Of a DNA stretch of 64,000 nucleotides, positions 62,634 to 64,000 are shown one piece after another. The notes beneath the pieces were generated by a model. That model ran no database searches. It had not been told where the DNA came from and saw nothing but the letters and a program-made list of their open reading frames with translations. Position 1 is the stretch's first letter. Every line of letters starts with the position of its first letter. Made by a program: the position numbers and the translations under genes. The stretch comes from Magallana gigas (taxonomy: Eukaryota). The DNA lies in assembly GCF_963853765.1 (NCBI RefSeq), contig NC_088857.1:18290001-18354000 (forward strand). The letters are read 5' to 3'.

Positions 62634-64000
62634 CTGAAATATTTGAAGACAGGGATTGCTATTAGTTATAGGTCCATGATTTACTACCTAAAAAGTGATT
62701 TTGAAAAAGAGCCAGTTTTGAAAAAGAGTTGAATGTTAAATTTAAAAGAAGTTTTTCTTAAAAAAAATATAGACTATTGCTTGCTCCTTACATTATGAAA
62801 AAATGTTTTTGTTTTAAAAAAAAAAGGACATGCATAGGAACTGAAGGCCAGCCTACTGAGGGCTTATTGCAACGTTGGGGATTTAAGGATGATGCATATA
62901 CATGTATATAAGATGATATTAGATATATAAAAACGTTTATATGGTATGGATTGAAAATGATGTGCAGAACAAATTGGCAAGCGTGCATTCTCTGGGTTTC
63001 ATACCAAGTTCAGTGATAAAATAGTCAAATAACTGAAAACAACTTAAAAAAAAACCAGATTTCATAACGGAAGTTATGTTATAAAAAACGCGTTAAATAT
63101 TGGTCAAATAGATTTTGTTATTAGATAATCGCTACGCATTTGTAAACTGTGTAAAAATTGAAAAGATATTTGTATTTCCTTTATGAAAAGACGGTTATAT
63201 TTTACATTATGTCGTCCTGTACATAATTCGTTTGCTATATTCTGCAATAAAAATCGTCTGAAGAAATTCAAGGCTTTTATAAATATATTCAATTAAATCA
63301 CACGGATGTTTAATAATGACACGTGTTTTTTTTTCTTCATTAAAATATTATGTAAATTTTAAGATTTGTCCCTGGATAAATTATATTACAAATTTTGATC
63401 TTTGTATCTTAATTGGAATTTTGTTAATGGATATTTTAATAATAAACTTAAATCTTCCCGCTCAAAGAAATATACCCCGGTATTTCGTCTGACTGCTCGT
63501 GCATAAAATACATTTCTTTCTCACTTTGGTAAAAAGGTTAGCAGAGGTATTTTGGTGCAAATTGTACACATTATCAAATACACAAACCTCATAAAAGTCG
63601 ACCGATAAACTCTCATCTAAAATTTTAGGCAAATACAAATTTAGGAATATAATTTTTAATCCTTCTATCATATTATTCCATGACAATTTGCAGATGTTAT
63701 TCATTATCTATTGAAAACAAATATTTTGAATTAAATTTCGTTTTCTTTTGATAAATAACGAAAGTTACAACAAATAGAATATACACTACTCTTTGAACAT
63801 ACAGTTCATCAATATTCAATGAACACTTGTTTTCGTATTATAATTGGATTTTGTTGTTGAGTAGATCAACAAAATTAGATTATTAAACAAAGTATTGTAA
63901 AAGTAGATTTTATTGACACTACTTTTGTCCAAGAAAATACATATCCTCAAAACAGTAAATTTTTCGAAATCCTTGAAATTTATTGCCCACGAATATCAAT

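Overview
This is AT-rich, intron-containing animal genomic DNA. The MITE-like repeats, gene content and an N-gap suggest a bivalve scaffold, probably oyster (inference). I built the gene models by hand from GT/AG junctions with phase checks. Genes: (1) the 3' part of an unrecognised multi-exon gene (+, to 8556); (2) an intronless class A GPCR (-); (3,4) two tandem 4-TM PMP22/claudin-like paralogs with very long charged tails (+); (5) AGPS, 19 exons (-), head-to-head with (6) DNPEP, 15 coding exons (+); (7) MRPS14, 4 exons (-), mostly missed by the ORF track; (8) a secreted C-type lectin + PAN/apple protein (+); (9) the 3' end of a calponin-homology protein (-). Introns and spacers hold a degenerate LINE and many short non-autonomous DNA elements (TTAA, TA, CWG and 9-bp TSD types, plus a TSD-less palindromic family that inserts into itself). 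Best leads: a twice-repeated 37-aa CxxC module in the tail of the second 4-TM protein; AGPS ending in SKL (PTS1) with no PTS2; the self-nesting palindromic element; TTAA-flanked MITEs carrying tRNA-like A/B boxes; and a duplicated 12-aa motif in gene 1. No database searches were run, so all homology calls are from recall.
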